A stretch of 36,180 bases of DNA from Planctomycetota bacterium (GCA_947501605.1 CANMWZ010000042.1:1-36180), one strand, 5' to 3'; counted from the stretch's first letter, positions 1-9,082 are shown. The notes: generated by a model not told the origin, from the letters alone. A program made the numbers and translations.

Positions 1-348
1 CAACTGTCAGCTGCCAAGGCCGGCAAGACGCCGACCACGAAGCCGCCCGAACTGACGGCAGCCACGCTGCAAGAACTCGACGCGCTGCTGCTGCGGATCA
101 AGACGCTGCGAAACGAGTCCGTGACGGCCCGCGCCGGTAGTTCGGACAACCAGACCGCGCGCGCGAAAATGGGTGAGGCCTACAAACTGTGCGAGGAGTG
201 GCAGCAGAAGATCGATGCGCCGCTGCGTTGGCAGGAGAATGCGCAAATGGAAGACTGGGCGCAGCCGGCTGAGTATGTGACCCTGGAAAAGATGTTTGCG
301 ACGTTTCAGAAGCTCAACAACGAGGTCCGCAAGGGCGGTGGCGGCTGA
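1..348 (+). CDS. hypothetical protein, 5'-truncated by window edge
   Basis: Frame 1 is open from base 1 (QLSAAKAGKTPTTKPPEL...) to TGA at 346-348, with codon usage like neighbouring genes and helical composition. Confidence 0.7.
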   Translation, partial: QLSAAKAGKTPTTKPPELTAATLQELDALLLRIKTLRNESVTARAGSSDNQTARAKMGEAYKLCEEWQQKIDAPLRWQENAQMEDWAQPAEYVTLEKMFATFQKLNNEVRKGGGG

Positions 349-359
349 GCCGAAGCAAC

Positions 360-1178
360 GTGCGCCTCGGCTACAACACGAACGGGCTGCAAAACCACCG
401 CCTCGACGACGCGCTGCGGCTGCTGGCCGACTGCGGCTTCGAAGCAGTTGCGATCACGCCCGATGTCAGCCACCTCGATCCTTTCCACTGCACGCCCGCC
501 GAGGTTGCAGCGATTGCAGCTCTGCTCGAAAGGCTCTCTCTCACCTGCTCGATCGAAACCGGCGCGCGCTACCTGCTTGATCCGGCGCGCAAGCACGAGC
601 CGACGTTGATGACCGCCGATTCCGATGCGCGGCGACGGCGCATCGACTTCACCGGGCGCGCGGCGAGCATTGGCCGCGATCTCGGGGCCCGCGTGGTGTC
701 GTTTTGGAGTGGCATCGATCCCTCCCCGGGTCCGGAGTCAGAAGCGCGTCTGCTCGACGGTGTGCGGTCCGCATGTGCCGCGGTGCGCCATTACGGTCTG
801 CAGCCGGCGCTGGAGCCCGAGCCCGGCATGGCCGTAGCCACCGTTGCGCAGTGGCGGGCGGTGCGGGATGCGCTCGGCAATGACGCACCGGCGATGACCC
901 TCGACGTCGGCCACCTCTACGCCGAATGGGAAGGCGACCCGGTGGCGATCTGCCGGGCCCACGCTCACGAGGTCGTACAAGTGCACCTGGAGGACATGCG
1001 GCGCGGGGTGCACGAGCACCTCTTGCCGGGGGAGGGGGAGGTCGATTTCACGGGCACCCTTGGGGCACTGCAGGCGGGCGGTTACGGCGGGCCGGTCTGT
1101 TTTGAACTGTCGCGCCACAGCCACATGGCGCCTCAGGCACTGGCCGCATGTCGGCAGGTGTGGCTCTCGCGGCGTTGA
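360..1178 (+). CDS. sugar phosphate isomerase/epimerase (xylose isomerase-like TIM barrel)
   Basis: Metal-binding motifs ALEPEPG, TLDVGH, VHLED, HLLPGEGEVDF, FEL. Confidence 0.88.
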   Translation: MRLGYNTNGLQNHRLDDALRLLADCGFEAVAITPDVSHLDPFHCTPAEVAAIAALLERLSLTCSIETGARYLLDPARKHEPTLMTADSDARRRRIDFTGRAASIGRDLGARVVSFWSGIDPSPGPESEARLLDGVRSACAAVRHYGLQPALEPEPGMAVATVAQWRAVRDALGNDAPAMTLDVGHLYAEWEGDPVAICRAHAHEVVQVHLEDMRRGVHEHLLPGEGEVDFTGTLGALQAGGYGGPVCFELSRHSHMAPQALAACRQVWLSRR

Positions 1179-1202
1179 CCGGGATGCCGGTCCGCCTATC
1201 CT
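1175..1202 (+). promoter_or_regulatory. putative sigma70-type promoter for the 1275 ORF
   Basis: TTGACC (1175-1180), 16 nt spacer, TATCCT (1197-1202). Confidence 0.45.
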
Positions 1203-1274
1203 CTGCCCCCCCCCCCGGGTGCCGGGGACACGAGCACTCGCTCGCGCCACGCCCCCACATTCCTTGGTTCCAGC

Positions 1275-1622
1275 ATGCGCGACTGTCCCACCATCGATGG
1301 CTCGTCGATCCCGCTGATCATCCACCGCATCGGGGTGAGCAGTTGCCTCGAGCGACAGAGCTGCAACTACCACAAGTGCCATCGCTGCGTGTACCGCGGC
1401 CAAGCTGCCAACTGGGAGCCCCAGGGTTCGCCGGACGATCTGCCGCGTGGGCTCGCACCGCGCACTGCCGAGCGGGCGGTGCCAAGCAAGCTCGTCGCAG
1501 TGCCGCGGCCGGCGGCAAACAAGCACACCGCCGCCAAGGAAGCGAGTAAGCCCAGTTCGCAGCGCGAGCAGCAAGGCGAGCACAAGACTGCGACCAAGAC
1601 TGCCGCGCGGCCGCGCAACTAA
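1275..1622 (+). CDS. small Cys/His-rich hypothetical protein with basic low-complexity tail
   Basis: N-terminal CLERQSCNYHKCHRC cluster, C-ending codon bias, promoter-like motif upstream; fills the gap between genes. Confidence 0.6.
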   Translation: MRDCPTIDGSSIPLIIHRIGVSSCLERQSCNYHKCHRCVYRGQAANWEPQGSPDDLPRGLAPRTAERAVPSKLVAVPRPAANKHTAAKEASKPSSQREQQGEHKTATKTAARPRN

Positions 1623-1724
1623 CCGCCTGTAGACGCACGCCTTTGGTGTGCGTGCGGGGTAGATGGTCGGATCGTGGCGGCGTGCGACCGGACTCGAGAG
1701 CTTGGCTTCGGCGCAGTTGGCCGG

Positions 1725-2087
1725 TCAGTGGGCGTAGCGCTGCCGGATCGCTTCCAGGGCGCGGCGGGCTTCGTCAAAGCAGGCGCTCATCTGCGGCGCC
1801 AGCTGCTTGGTCGTGGACATATCGTGGCCGCGGCTCGCGACCTGCATCTCCTCGCAGGCGTACTGGAGGCGGCGGGCGCCGAGATTGCCCGAGGAGCCTT
1901 TCAGCGAGTGGGCGGCACGTTCGATCTGCTCCAGATCGCCCGAGCCCAGCCCTTCGACAATCGAACTGAGCTTGGTGGGCCCGTCCGCAAGGAACATCCC
2001 AATCAGATCGAGCAAGAGCTCCGGGTCTCCGTCATCAGACAGCGACAGGAGTTCTTCGATCACGGTCATGTCGAGCACGTCGGTCAC
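1725..2087 (-). CDS. stand-alone Hpt (histidine phosphotransfer) domain protein
   Basis: Canonical AAHSLKGSSGNLGA motif in a 120 aa helical protein. Confidence 0.93.
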   Translation of the reverse strand: MTDVLDMTVIEELLSLSDDGDPELLLDLIGMFLADGPTKLSSIVEGLGSGDLEQIERAAHSLKGSSGNLGARRLQYACEEMQVASRGHDMSTTKQLAPQMSACFDEARRALEAIRQRYAH

Positions 2088-2094
2088 GCAGCGC

Positions 2095-2122
2095 TGATCG
2101 GCGTGCCTGCGCGATGACTTGA
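2095..2122 (-). promoter_or_regulatory. putative sigma28 (FliA)-type promoter of the Hpt gene
   Basis: Minus strand TCAAGTCA-N12-GCCGATCA versus consensus TAAAGTTT-N11-GCCGATAA, ending 7 nt before the GTG start. Confidence 0.55.
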
Positions 2123-2162
2123 CGCCTAGGTTTGCGAAAGCCAGAAGCGAGACGCGCCGTCG

Positions 2163-3386
2163 TCAGTCCGCACTCGCAACGGCGCGAATCTCGGCATCGG
2201 TCAGCAATCGCTTGCTCGTCTTGCCGGCGGCAAGGACGGCTTGCACGCGAGCCTCGGTCGGTTCGATGCCGAGCTTCTCCAGCACGAAGGTGGCGTTTGA
2301 TTTGCCGCTCATCGGACCTACTGCGATCGTCTGTTCCAGGCCGACCATGTGGGCTGGCACGCCAGAATAGACCGCATCCGCAAGCAGGACATCGCCCTTG
2401 CGGAAGGCCTTGATGACGGCGCTCGCGTGCACACCGGTGCCGGTCTCGAAGGCATCGCGTCCGAGCACGGGGTAGTTGTGCGGGATGTCGACCTCGAGTG
2501 CCTTGGCAGCCGCCGCGACGTACGCCGGCATGGCGGTAAGGTCGTTATCGATCCAACCTTGCAGGCGGCAGTTGACGAGCAGCAGGTCCATCGGCGCATT
2601 GCCGGCGCGTTCGCCCACGCCGAGTGCGGTGCCGTGGATTCGGTCGGCCCCGGCTTCGATCGCGGCGAGGCAGTTGGCGATCCCGAGATCGCGGTCGCGA
2701 TGACCGTGCCAGTCCACGCCGATGGTCTTGTCGTGTTGGTCGGCAAGTTCGCGAACAAAGCGCACCACTGCCCGCGTGCCTTGCGGCGTGGCGTGGCCGA
2801 CGGTGTCGCACACGCAGAGGCGGCGGGCGCCGAGTTCGATCGCCAGGCTGTAGAGCGCCGTGATGGTCTCTGGCCGCGCTCGTGTGGTGTCCTCGGTGAC
2901 GTACATGACCGGCAGGTTCTGCGTGCGGGCAAAGCTCAGTGCTTTGCGCGTGTTGTCGAGCATCATCTCGAGCGTCCAGTCCTCGGCGAACTGGCGGATG
3001 TAGCTGCTGCCGATGAAGGCGCAGACCTCGATGGGCATGCCGGCCTTCTGGGTGATCTCGGCTACCGGCTCGATGTCGGTGACCACCGTGCGGCAGGCGA
3101 CGTTGGCCCCGATCTTCAGCTTGTTGCGCACGATGTGTTGCGCCATCGACAGAATGTCCTGACGCGGCCGACCGCCGGCGCCGGGCAGGCCCAGATTGGC
3201 GGTGTGGATGCCGAGCTTGTCCATCCACCCGAGCAGTTCGAGCTTCTTGTCGAGCGTCGGGTCGCTGACGGCCGGCGACTGTAGGCCATCGCGCAGCGTC
3301 TCGTCGTCGAACTGCAGCGGCCGGGCAGGCTTGAAGCGATTGCCTTGGACGTTCCAGTCGTGGATCAGATCGTCGATACGCGTCAT
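2163..3386 (-). CDS. LeuA-family DRE-TIM metallolyase (2-isopropylmalate/homocitrate/citramalate synthase type), no C-terminal regulatory domain
   Basis: DETLRDGLQ, CDTVG, HGHRD, GVGERAGN, GVHA motifs; ATG at 3386 (MTRIDDLIHDWN) is the likely start. Confidence 0.88.
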   Translation of the reverse strand: MTRIDDLIHDWNVQGNRFKPARPLQFDDETLRDGLQSPAVSDPTLDKKLELLGWMDKLGIHTANLGLPGAGGRPRQDILSMAQHIVRNKLKIGANVACRTVVTDIEPVAEITQKAGMPIEVCAFIGSSYIRQFAEDWTLEMMLDNTRKALSFARTQNLPVMYVTEDTTRARPETITALYSLAIELGARRLCVCDTVGHATPQGTRAVVRFVRELADQHDKTIGVDWHGHRDRDLGIANCLAAIEAGADRIHGTALGVGERAGNAPMDLLLVNCRLQGWIDNDLTAMPAYVAAAAKALEVDIPHNYPVLGRDAFETGTGVHASAVIKAFRKGDVLLADAVYSGVPAHMVGLEQTIAVGPMSGKSNATFVLEKLGIEPTEARVQAVLAAGKTSKRLLTDAEIRAVASAD

Positions 3387-3470
3387 AGGATCATCATGCC
3401 GCAAGGCCTGGGCAGGCGTCACGCCTTGGCCATGCGCTGGCCTCGGCGGTTGCGTGCCGGGACGCTGGCT

Positions 3471-4601
3471 TCAGGCGTCAAGGTCGCGGAAGAAGCCGTC
3501 GCTGCCGTCGAGATCGGCCAAGTACTGGTGCCAGCGCATTCGCTCGTCGGTTCGGATGTTCGTGGCGACGCCGCCGTCATCGAGCAGCTTGGCAACCACC
3601 CAGTCGTCAAGGCGCGCCTCGGCCGTGAGTTCACGATTCTCGACAAACGGCTCCAGCACGACGATCTGGGCCTTCTGCAACGGCGCGTCTTTGTGGAATA
3701 GGGAGCGAGCCCGAAGCAGCGAGGCGTCATCGGTGCTCACGAGGCGCATCAACTCGGCCACGTCGCTGTGCGGGTCGCCGGTGTAAATCTCCTGAAACAG
3801 CAGGTGCACAACGACCATGGTCTCGGCATCGCCCAGCTTGTGCTCGCGCACGAGGCTCAGCAGCGGGAATGTCGCGCTGGGCTCGCTGCGCAGGATGCGC
3901 GTCCTGACCTCGCCCCACAGTTCGTCGATGCGCTTTTGCAGGCTCGGCAGGGTCTCCGTCTGCGGGTGCAAACTGCGCCACCGCTCGGGCTCGAACAGCA
4001 ACTCGCTGCGGCGCCGGTAGTGGTTGTGCAGCATGCGCAGATCCAGCAGCAGTTCGCGCTGGGTGCGGTAGCCATTCACATTCTCGGCGCGGTGACGCGG
4101 CAGGCGGCGGCCGGCGACTTCTTCGCGCATCGCCTGGAGCGCCAGGTCCGACAGACGAAACCGCGTCTCCAGTACATCGATGCCCAATGGCTGATCCGTA
4201 GCGACGCGCACTAGACCGCTGGTGCGCAAGCGGGCATCCTCCGCCAGTAGATGAAGGCCCGAGAGAACGCCGAACGACGAATCAAAGATGCTGCCGAGGA
4301 TGAGTCGACCTTCGATCTCTGGCTCCTCGGCGCGAACGGCGCGCTGCAACAGCACGGCCAGCACCTCGAACTCTGCGGCGTCGAGCCGGTGCTTGCGCAG
4401 CAGGCTGCCCAAGGGGCCGCGGCCGCGGTAGGCGGTCAGCTGACGCGACAGGCTCAGCTGTTGACGTTGCGTCTGCCGGCGGAGCCGCTCCCGCTCGTCG
4501 CGCCCGGTGGTCGGGTCGGCGATGCGGCTGCGGATCCGCTGCAACTCATCGCAGAGATCGAGCATGCGTCCAAACGGGATGGCGCGAGGGGTCTTTTTCA
4601 T
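3471..4601 (-). CDS. hypothetical protein with two copies of a winged-helix-like module
   Basis: Probable start MKKTPRAIPF at 4601; internal repeat (L..KH.L..AE..V...L ... A.L....LV) occurs twice; no Walker A motif. Confidence 0.75.
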   Translation of the reverse strand: MKKTPRAIPFGRMLDLCDELQRIRSRIADPTTGRDERERLRRQTQRQQLSLSRQLTAYRGRGPLGSLLRKHRLDAAEFEVLAVLLQRAVRAEEPEIEGRLILGSIFDSSFGVLSGLHLLAEDARLRTSGLVRVATDQPLGIDVLETRFRLSDLALQAMREEVAGRRLPRHRAENVNGYRTQRELLLDLRMLHNHYRRRSELLFEPERWRSLHPQTETLPSLQKRIDELWGEVRTRILRSEPSATFPLLSLVREHKLGDAETMVVVHLLFQEIYTGDPHSDVAELMRLVSTDDASLLRARSLFHKDAPLQKAQIVVLEPFVENRELTAEARLDDWVVAKLLDDGGVATNIRTDERMRWHQYLADLDGSDGFFRDLDA

Positions 4602-4610
4602 AGTGGCAGT

Positions 4611-4627
4611 CAGGTCCCCGGGACCTG
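4611..4627. promoter_or_regulatory. perfect inverted repeat, candidate operator
   Basis: CAGGTCCC-C-GGGACCTG in the divergent intergenic region, about 10 nt upstream of the 4601 start. Confidence 0.35.
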
Positions 4628-4831
4628 GATCACGGGGCTCCAAGCAAGCCCACTTAGAGCGACCCGACGACCGCCGCAACCGGCTCCATTTTCGCGAGGA
4701 CGCAATAGGTTTGGGTCGCGGGCCTCGCCGCGTTCCCAACCCCTGACAGGGCAAGGCATACCCTGTGGAATCCCCTGCTCCAGTACGGGGGGAGTCAGCA
4801 ATCTTTCCCCACTCCTTGGGGGACTCTCTGC

Positions 4832-6094
4832 ATGAAGGCCCTGCTTCGGGAGGCGGTGGCGGTGGCGGTGGTGTCCGGGCTCGTGTTCCAGTCGCTGCGG
4901 CACTGGGTCGCTGACCGCTACGTCGTGCCGTCGAACAGCATGCAGCCATGCCTGTTCGGCGCCGATCGCGGCGGCGATGTCGTGCTCGTCAACAAGCTCG
5001 CGCGTGTAGACGACTTGCGTCGCTACGACCTCGGTGTGTTCCGCCAGGAGGGCACGACCACCGACTTGGTCAAACGCGTGGCCTCGCTCGGCGGCGAGTG
5101 GGTCGAGGTGCGCGACGGCGACCTGTGGTGTGGACCGTCGCCGCAGCAACTCGAGCGCGCCATGAAGCACCCGCTCGAGTGCCGCGACCTGCGCGTTCGC
5201 TGGCTGCAATGGCCGCCTGAGGCCGGAGCGCCCGCAGAGCCGCTCGAGCCGTTCATGGTCGCGCCCCGATCTGCCGACGGCCTACTGCAGCTACCGGCGT
5301 TTGCAGCGGCGGCGGACGCGCGACGGGAATGCACCGAACTGCGGCGGCGGGCGGCGCGTGAACGCGATGAGGCCGCGGCGGGGGACTCGCCGCTGTGGTT
5401 GTCCACCGCGCGAGTGATCGATGCCACCTACCTCGACGCGCAGTCTTGCCGCGGCACGGAAGGCCAGAGCATCGTCGTCGACGACTTCGGCGCCGACCTC
5501 TGGTTCGCGCCCGCTCGGTCGACGGCACTGCTCCTGGCCATCGACCTCCGCCCCGACAGCTGGTTGCTCTACTGGGAGCTGCGCACCGGTCGCAGAGAAC
5601 TGTGGCGCAACGGCGAGACGGTGGCCACGTGCGCCGTGCCGGTCGCGGCTCTCGCCGTTGGCAGCGGTCCGGTGCGGGTCGAGTTCGGTCATCTCGATGG
5701 CCGCTTCTTCCACGCGGTCTCCGGCGACAGCGACGGCCTGTGGACGGTGCCGATGCGCAGCGAGTGGTTGACTGCCGATCCAGGCCCGACGGCGTGGCCG
5801 CTGCAGAAGAACCGCTTTGCCGCGGCGGTCGTCGGGCCGGAGGCCGCTGCGCTCACGAAGCTACTGCTGTTTCGCGACCTCCACTGGTTTCGGCCCCAGC
5901 TCGAGATCGGCATGCCGACCTCTCAGTTCGTGGCGGCCAAGCACGTTCCTGAGGGTTCCGTCTATCTGCTCGGTGACAACTCGGTCGACTCGCGTGACAG
6001 CCGCATGTTCGGTCCCATGCAAAAGCGCTCGTTCGTGGGGCGCCCACATGCAGTGCTCGGACCTTGGCCGCGCAGCCGAGTACTGCCTCGATGA
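4832..6094 (+). CDS. lepB: signal peptidase I (S26) with large insertion
   Basis: N-terminal TM segment, box B VPSNSMQP (Ser), box D LVKRV (Lys), box E LLGDNSVDSRDSRMFG. Confidence 0.9.
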   Translation: MKALLREAVAVAVVSGLVFQSLRHWVADRYVVPSNSMQPCLFGADRGGDVVLVNKLARVDDLRRYDLGVFRQEGTTTDLVKRVASLGGEWVEVRDGDLWCGPSPQQLERAMKHPLECRDLRVRWLQWPPEAGAPAEPLEPFMVAPRSADGLLQLPAFAAAADARRECTELRRRAARERDEAAAGDSPLWLSTARVIDATYLDAQSCRGTEGQSIVVDDFGADLWFAPARSTALLLAIDLRPDSWLLYWELRTGRRELWRNGETVATCAVPVAALAVGSGPVRVEFGHLDGRFFHAVSGDSDGLWTVPMRSEWLTADPGPTAWPLQKNRFAAAVVGPEAAALTKLLLFRDLHWFRPQLEIGMPTSQFVAAKHVPEGSVYLLGDNSVDSRDSRMFGPMQKRSFVGRPHAVLGPWPRSRVLPR

Positions 6095-6666
6095 GCGGCG
6101 CTAAGGACGGACAGCCACCGCCGCCACCGCAGCTGGAATCCGCGGCGGCCATCGTCGCCGCGTTCGCAGTCTACCTCGTGGTCTTCCTCGTCGCGGTCGT
6201 CTGGCTGGTGGTCGCGGATCGCACTGCAGAACTCCCGCCGCTCGCATTTGGCACCAGCGAGCCCTGGGTCGCGATGACGGTTGGGCTGGTGGCGACCGCG
6301 GTCGGCGTGCCGTTTTGCTGGCTCTGCTCGCGGTCGGCAAGGTCGGTGCGCCACTGCGAATCCAGACTCGCAGAACTGCTCGGCACGCCGCGGGACGGAG
6401 TCGTCGTCATGCTCCCGGTCACCGCGGCGATTGCGGAAGAACTGCTCTTCCGCTGCGTGCTCCAGGGCGCGTTTGGACCGTGGCGCGCGGTTGCCCTCCA
6501 GGTCGGCATGAGTATAGGCCCAGGTTTCTGGGGCTGGTGGCCGATCGCTGCCGGACTCGGGGCCCTGTCGGCATGGCTGGTGGATGCTGGTTACGGGCTC
6601 GCCTCCGCGACGTTGGCGCACGCGCTGATCAACTATCTGACTCTGCGTAGGATCCTCTCCAAGTGA
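6091..6666 (+). CDS. CPBP/Abi family intramembrane glutamic endopeptidase
   Basis: Multiple TM segments, AEELLFR and HALIN motifs; ATGA overlap with lepB. Confidence 0.8.
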   Translation: MSGAKDGQPPPPPQLESAAAIVAAFAVYLVVFLVAVVWLVVADRTAELPPLAFGTSEPWVAMTVGLVATAVGVPFCWLCSRSARSVRHCESRLAELLGTPRDGVVVMLPVTAAIAEELLFRCVLQGAFGPWRAVALQVGMSIGPGFWGWWPIAAGLGALSAWLVDAGYGLASATLAHALINYLTLRRILSK

Positions 6667-8489
6667 ACGCATTCCCGCTGCTGCTCGTGGTGTCTCTGAC
6701 TCACGCTGCGACCCACGCGCAGGTCCCTGCTCCGCAACCGCAGGATCCCAACGCGATCGATCCGGACCAAGCAAGAACATCGCTGCCCCTGCCGGTCGGC
6801 TTTGTGTGTAGTCGCGGCACCCGCGCAATCGAGATCGACGGCTCGCTGGTCGATTGGCCTGAGTTGCCTGGTGTGGACTTGCAAGACCTTCGCTTGCTGT
6901 CGGGCACGAGCAATGGCGCATGGCGCTCGCGTGCCGACTGCTCCGCCGCCGCCTTCTTCATGTGGGACGAGGAGTTCGTCTACTTCGCCGCGACTGTGAA
7001 GGACGAATGGCATCGCGCTCTCGACACCGAGAGCATTGCGACGTCAGAGACGCCAGTCGCGGACTCTGTGCTGCTGTCGTTCGATCCGCTGCGCAACACG
7101 CGGGCAATGGGACCCGATCCAGGGCGTGCCGATGACATGGAGCTGTGGCTGTCCGAGGAGTCGTCACACGAAGTGATGCGCTGGGATCGCTACCGCGGTA
7201 CGGCTCGCGTGCTCGACACGGCTCGCGTCGTCGTCAGTCACGACAAAGAACTCAGCGTCACGACCTACGAAGTCAAAGTGCCGTGGGCAGAGATTCTGCC
7301 ACTGGGGCAAAAACCGGCGGCCGGACTCGCGCTCGACGTGCAGATCGTCGTCAACGACTTTGACGAGAGCACCGACCCGATGCCCCAGACGCGCATTGGT
7401 TGGACCTTTGGTTGTGGCGTCGTCGCCGATCCAGCCCTTTTTGGCACCGTCATGTTGCTTGCCGATACCGGCGAGTTGAAGGGCGAGTTGCCGCAGATGC
7501 CCGAACGACGGGTCATCGAAGTCGACGCTCGATTGCGGCCTGAGTTCTGGGCCACCATCTCGCGACAGTTGCGCGCAGAACCAGCGAAGGTACACGACGG
7601 CAAGGAGGCACCCGAGGCTGCAGGCGGGCTTGCGCGCTACGAAGCGTTACAGCGCCTTGACCACGAGATCGCGCGCTTCCCGCGAGTTGACTACGTCGAG
7701 TTTTGTCAGCGCATCCAACGACGAATGGTGCGCGAGGTGGCAGCGGCCGAGCAGAGCAGCGTGCCGATGTTCTGGGACGCGCGCATGCGCGACCTACTCG
7801 TCGATCTCGAAGCCACGCCGATCAAGTCCGGCTGTGAGATCGCGCGCTTGCCGCAGGGCGGTTGGCTCGTTCGTAGCGAGAAGCAGTCATTCTTGGTCGA
7901 TCCGGCCGGCGCTGATGTGGCAACGCGACTGTGGGGACATGCGGACTTCGCACTGTTGACCGAGCCGGTAGACATGACGCGACGCAACGACCAACTACTG
8001 CTGCGCATGGTCGAGGCCACACCCCAACGGCCGTTCTTTGCGCACATCGCCTTCCATTTGCCAAAGCTCCTGATGGCCGACATGCCGTTGATCATGCCCG
8101 GCGCAGTCAAGCTGCAGAGCGATGGCGCAGAGGTCGCTGCCCTGGGCGAGGTGCGCGACGATGGCCGCGTTGCCTATGGAATGGGCTATCGGATCGACTT
8201 GCCGGGGCCTTTGCGCATCCTCTTTGCCGGACCGACTCTTCGCGTGCAGGACCTACCAAAGGGTCGGTGCGATGCCTTGGTGCTGTCTCCTCGAAACCCT
8301 GAGTGCCTCGACATTGCCGTTGCCGCTGCTCCAGGTCTGACGATTCTCGACGACGCGTTTCTCTGCTTTTGTCTGCCCAACGTTGCGCGGGTGGATCTCC
8401 GCACCGTGCATCAACTACAGAAAGCCCTGCTGCCCCTGCCGTCGTTGCTGTTGGCGCCTGGCGAACGTTGGTCGCTGCCTCGGCGTTGA
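6663..8489 (+). CDS. exported protein: CBM9/DOMON-like sugar-binding domain plus degenerate metallo-beta-lactamase-like region
   Basis: Signal peptide; IEIDGSLVDW, WDEEFVYFAATVKD and YEVKVPW are CBM9-like; later GWLVR..FLVDP and GYRI..ILFAG resemble MBL strands; GTGA overlap with the upstream gene. Confidence 0.7.
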   Translation: MNAFPLLLVVSLTHAATHAQVPAPQPQDPNAIDPDQARTSLPLPVGFVCSRGTRAIEIDGSLVDWPELPGVDLQDLRLLSGTSNGAWRSRADCSAAAFFMWDEEFVYFAATVKDEWHRALDTESIATSETPVADSVLLSFDPLRNTRAMGPDPGRADDMELWLSEESSHEVMRWDRYRGTARVLDTARVVVSHDKELSVTTYEVKVPWAEILPLGQKPAAGLALDVQIVVNDFDESTDPMPQTRIGWTFGCGVVADPALFGTVMLLADTGELKGELPQMPERRVIEVDARLRPEFWATISRQLRAEPAKVHDGKEAPEAAGGLARYEALQRLDHEIARFPRVDYVEFCQRIQRRMVREVAAAEQSSVPMFWDARMRDLLVDLEATPIKSGCEIARLPQGGWLVRSEKQSFLVDPAGADVATRLWGHADFALLTEPVDMTRRNDQLLLRMVEATPQRPFFAHIAFHLPKLLMADMPLIMPGAVKLQSDGAEVAALGEVRDDGRVAYGMGYRIDLPGPLRILFAGPTLRVQDLPKGRCDALVLSPRNPECLDIAVAAAPGLTILDDAFLCFCLPNVARVDLRTVHQLQKALLPLPSLLLAPGERWSLPRR

Positions 8490-8599
8490 AGACAATCAAC
8501 AGTCGAATATCTGCTAGTCGTCGCTTGCATCACTGCGGATAGGGCTGCATCTTCTGCGCCCGCTACCTTCCACCAGATCCCGCAAAAGCAGATACCAAA

Positions 8600-9031
8600 A
8601 TGGCAGCCAAGAAAGACACGTCGGCGATGGACTTCATCCTCGCGTTCCTCCGCAAGAGCAAGAAGGCCAGCTATGCGGAAGTGAAGGCCGCGGCGGCAGA
8701 GAAGCAGCTCAACATTTATCCGATCATGTACGGCCGCGCCCAGGCGCTGCTGGGTTACGTGGAGATGAGGCCGCGCGGGCAGGGCAAGGCAGCGGTCGCG
8801 AGAGCTGCAAAGGTAGCCGGCTCGGTTTCGGCTGCACCCGCGGCTCCTGCTGCAGTGAAGCGTGGCCCCGGCCGTCCGCCGAAGAGCGCCCAGGCCAATA
8901 CGGGCGGCGGCATCGATGTCAGCTCGCTCGACGGCATCATTTCGGCCGTTCGCAACTCGGAACATGCCAAGACTCGCTATCGCAGCGCGCTGGAGAAGAT
9001 CCAGTCGATCCTCGGCGAAGCTATCGGCTGA
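8600..9031 (+). CDS. small basic protein with AT-hook-like motif, putative DNA-binding
   Basis: Lys/Ala-rich, KRGPGRPPK motif, helical N- and C-terminal segments. Confidence 0.8.
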   Translation: MAAKKDTSAMDFILAFLRKSKKASYAEVKAAAAEKQLNIYPIMYGRAQALLGYVEMRPRGQGKAAVARAAKVAGSVSAAPAAPAAVKRGPGRPPKSAQANTGGGIDVSSLDGIISAVRNSEHAKTRYRSALEKIQSILGEAIG

Positions 9032-9082
9032 CCCAGTAGTCAGGTGCTCTTGATAGTCAGGTCAGCCTGATTGTCGGAGCTA

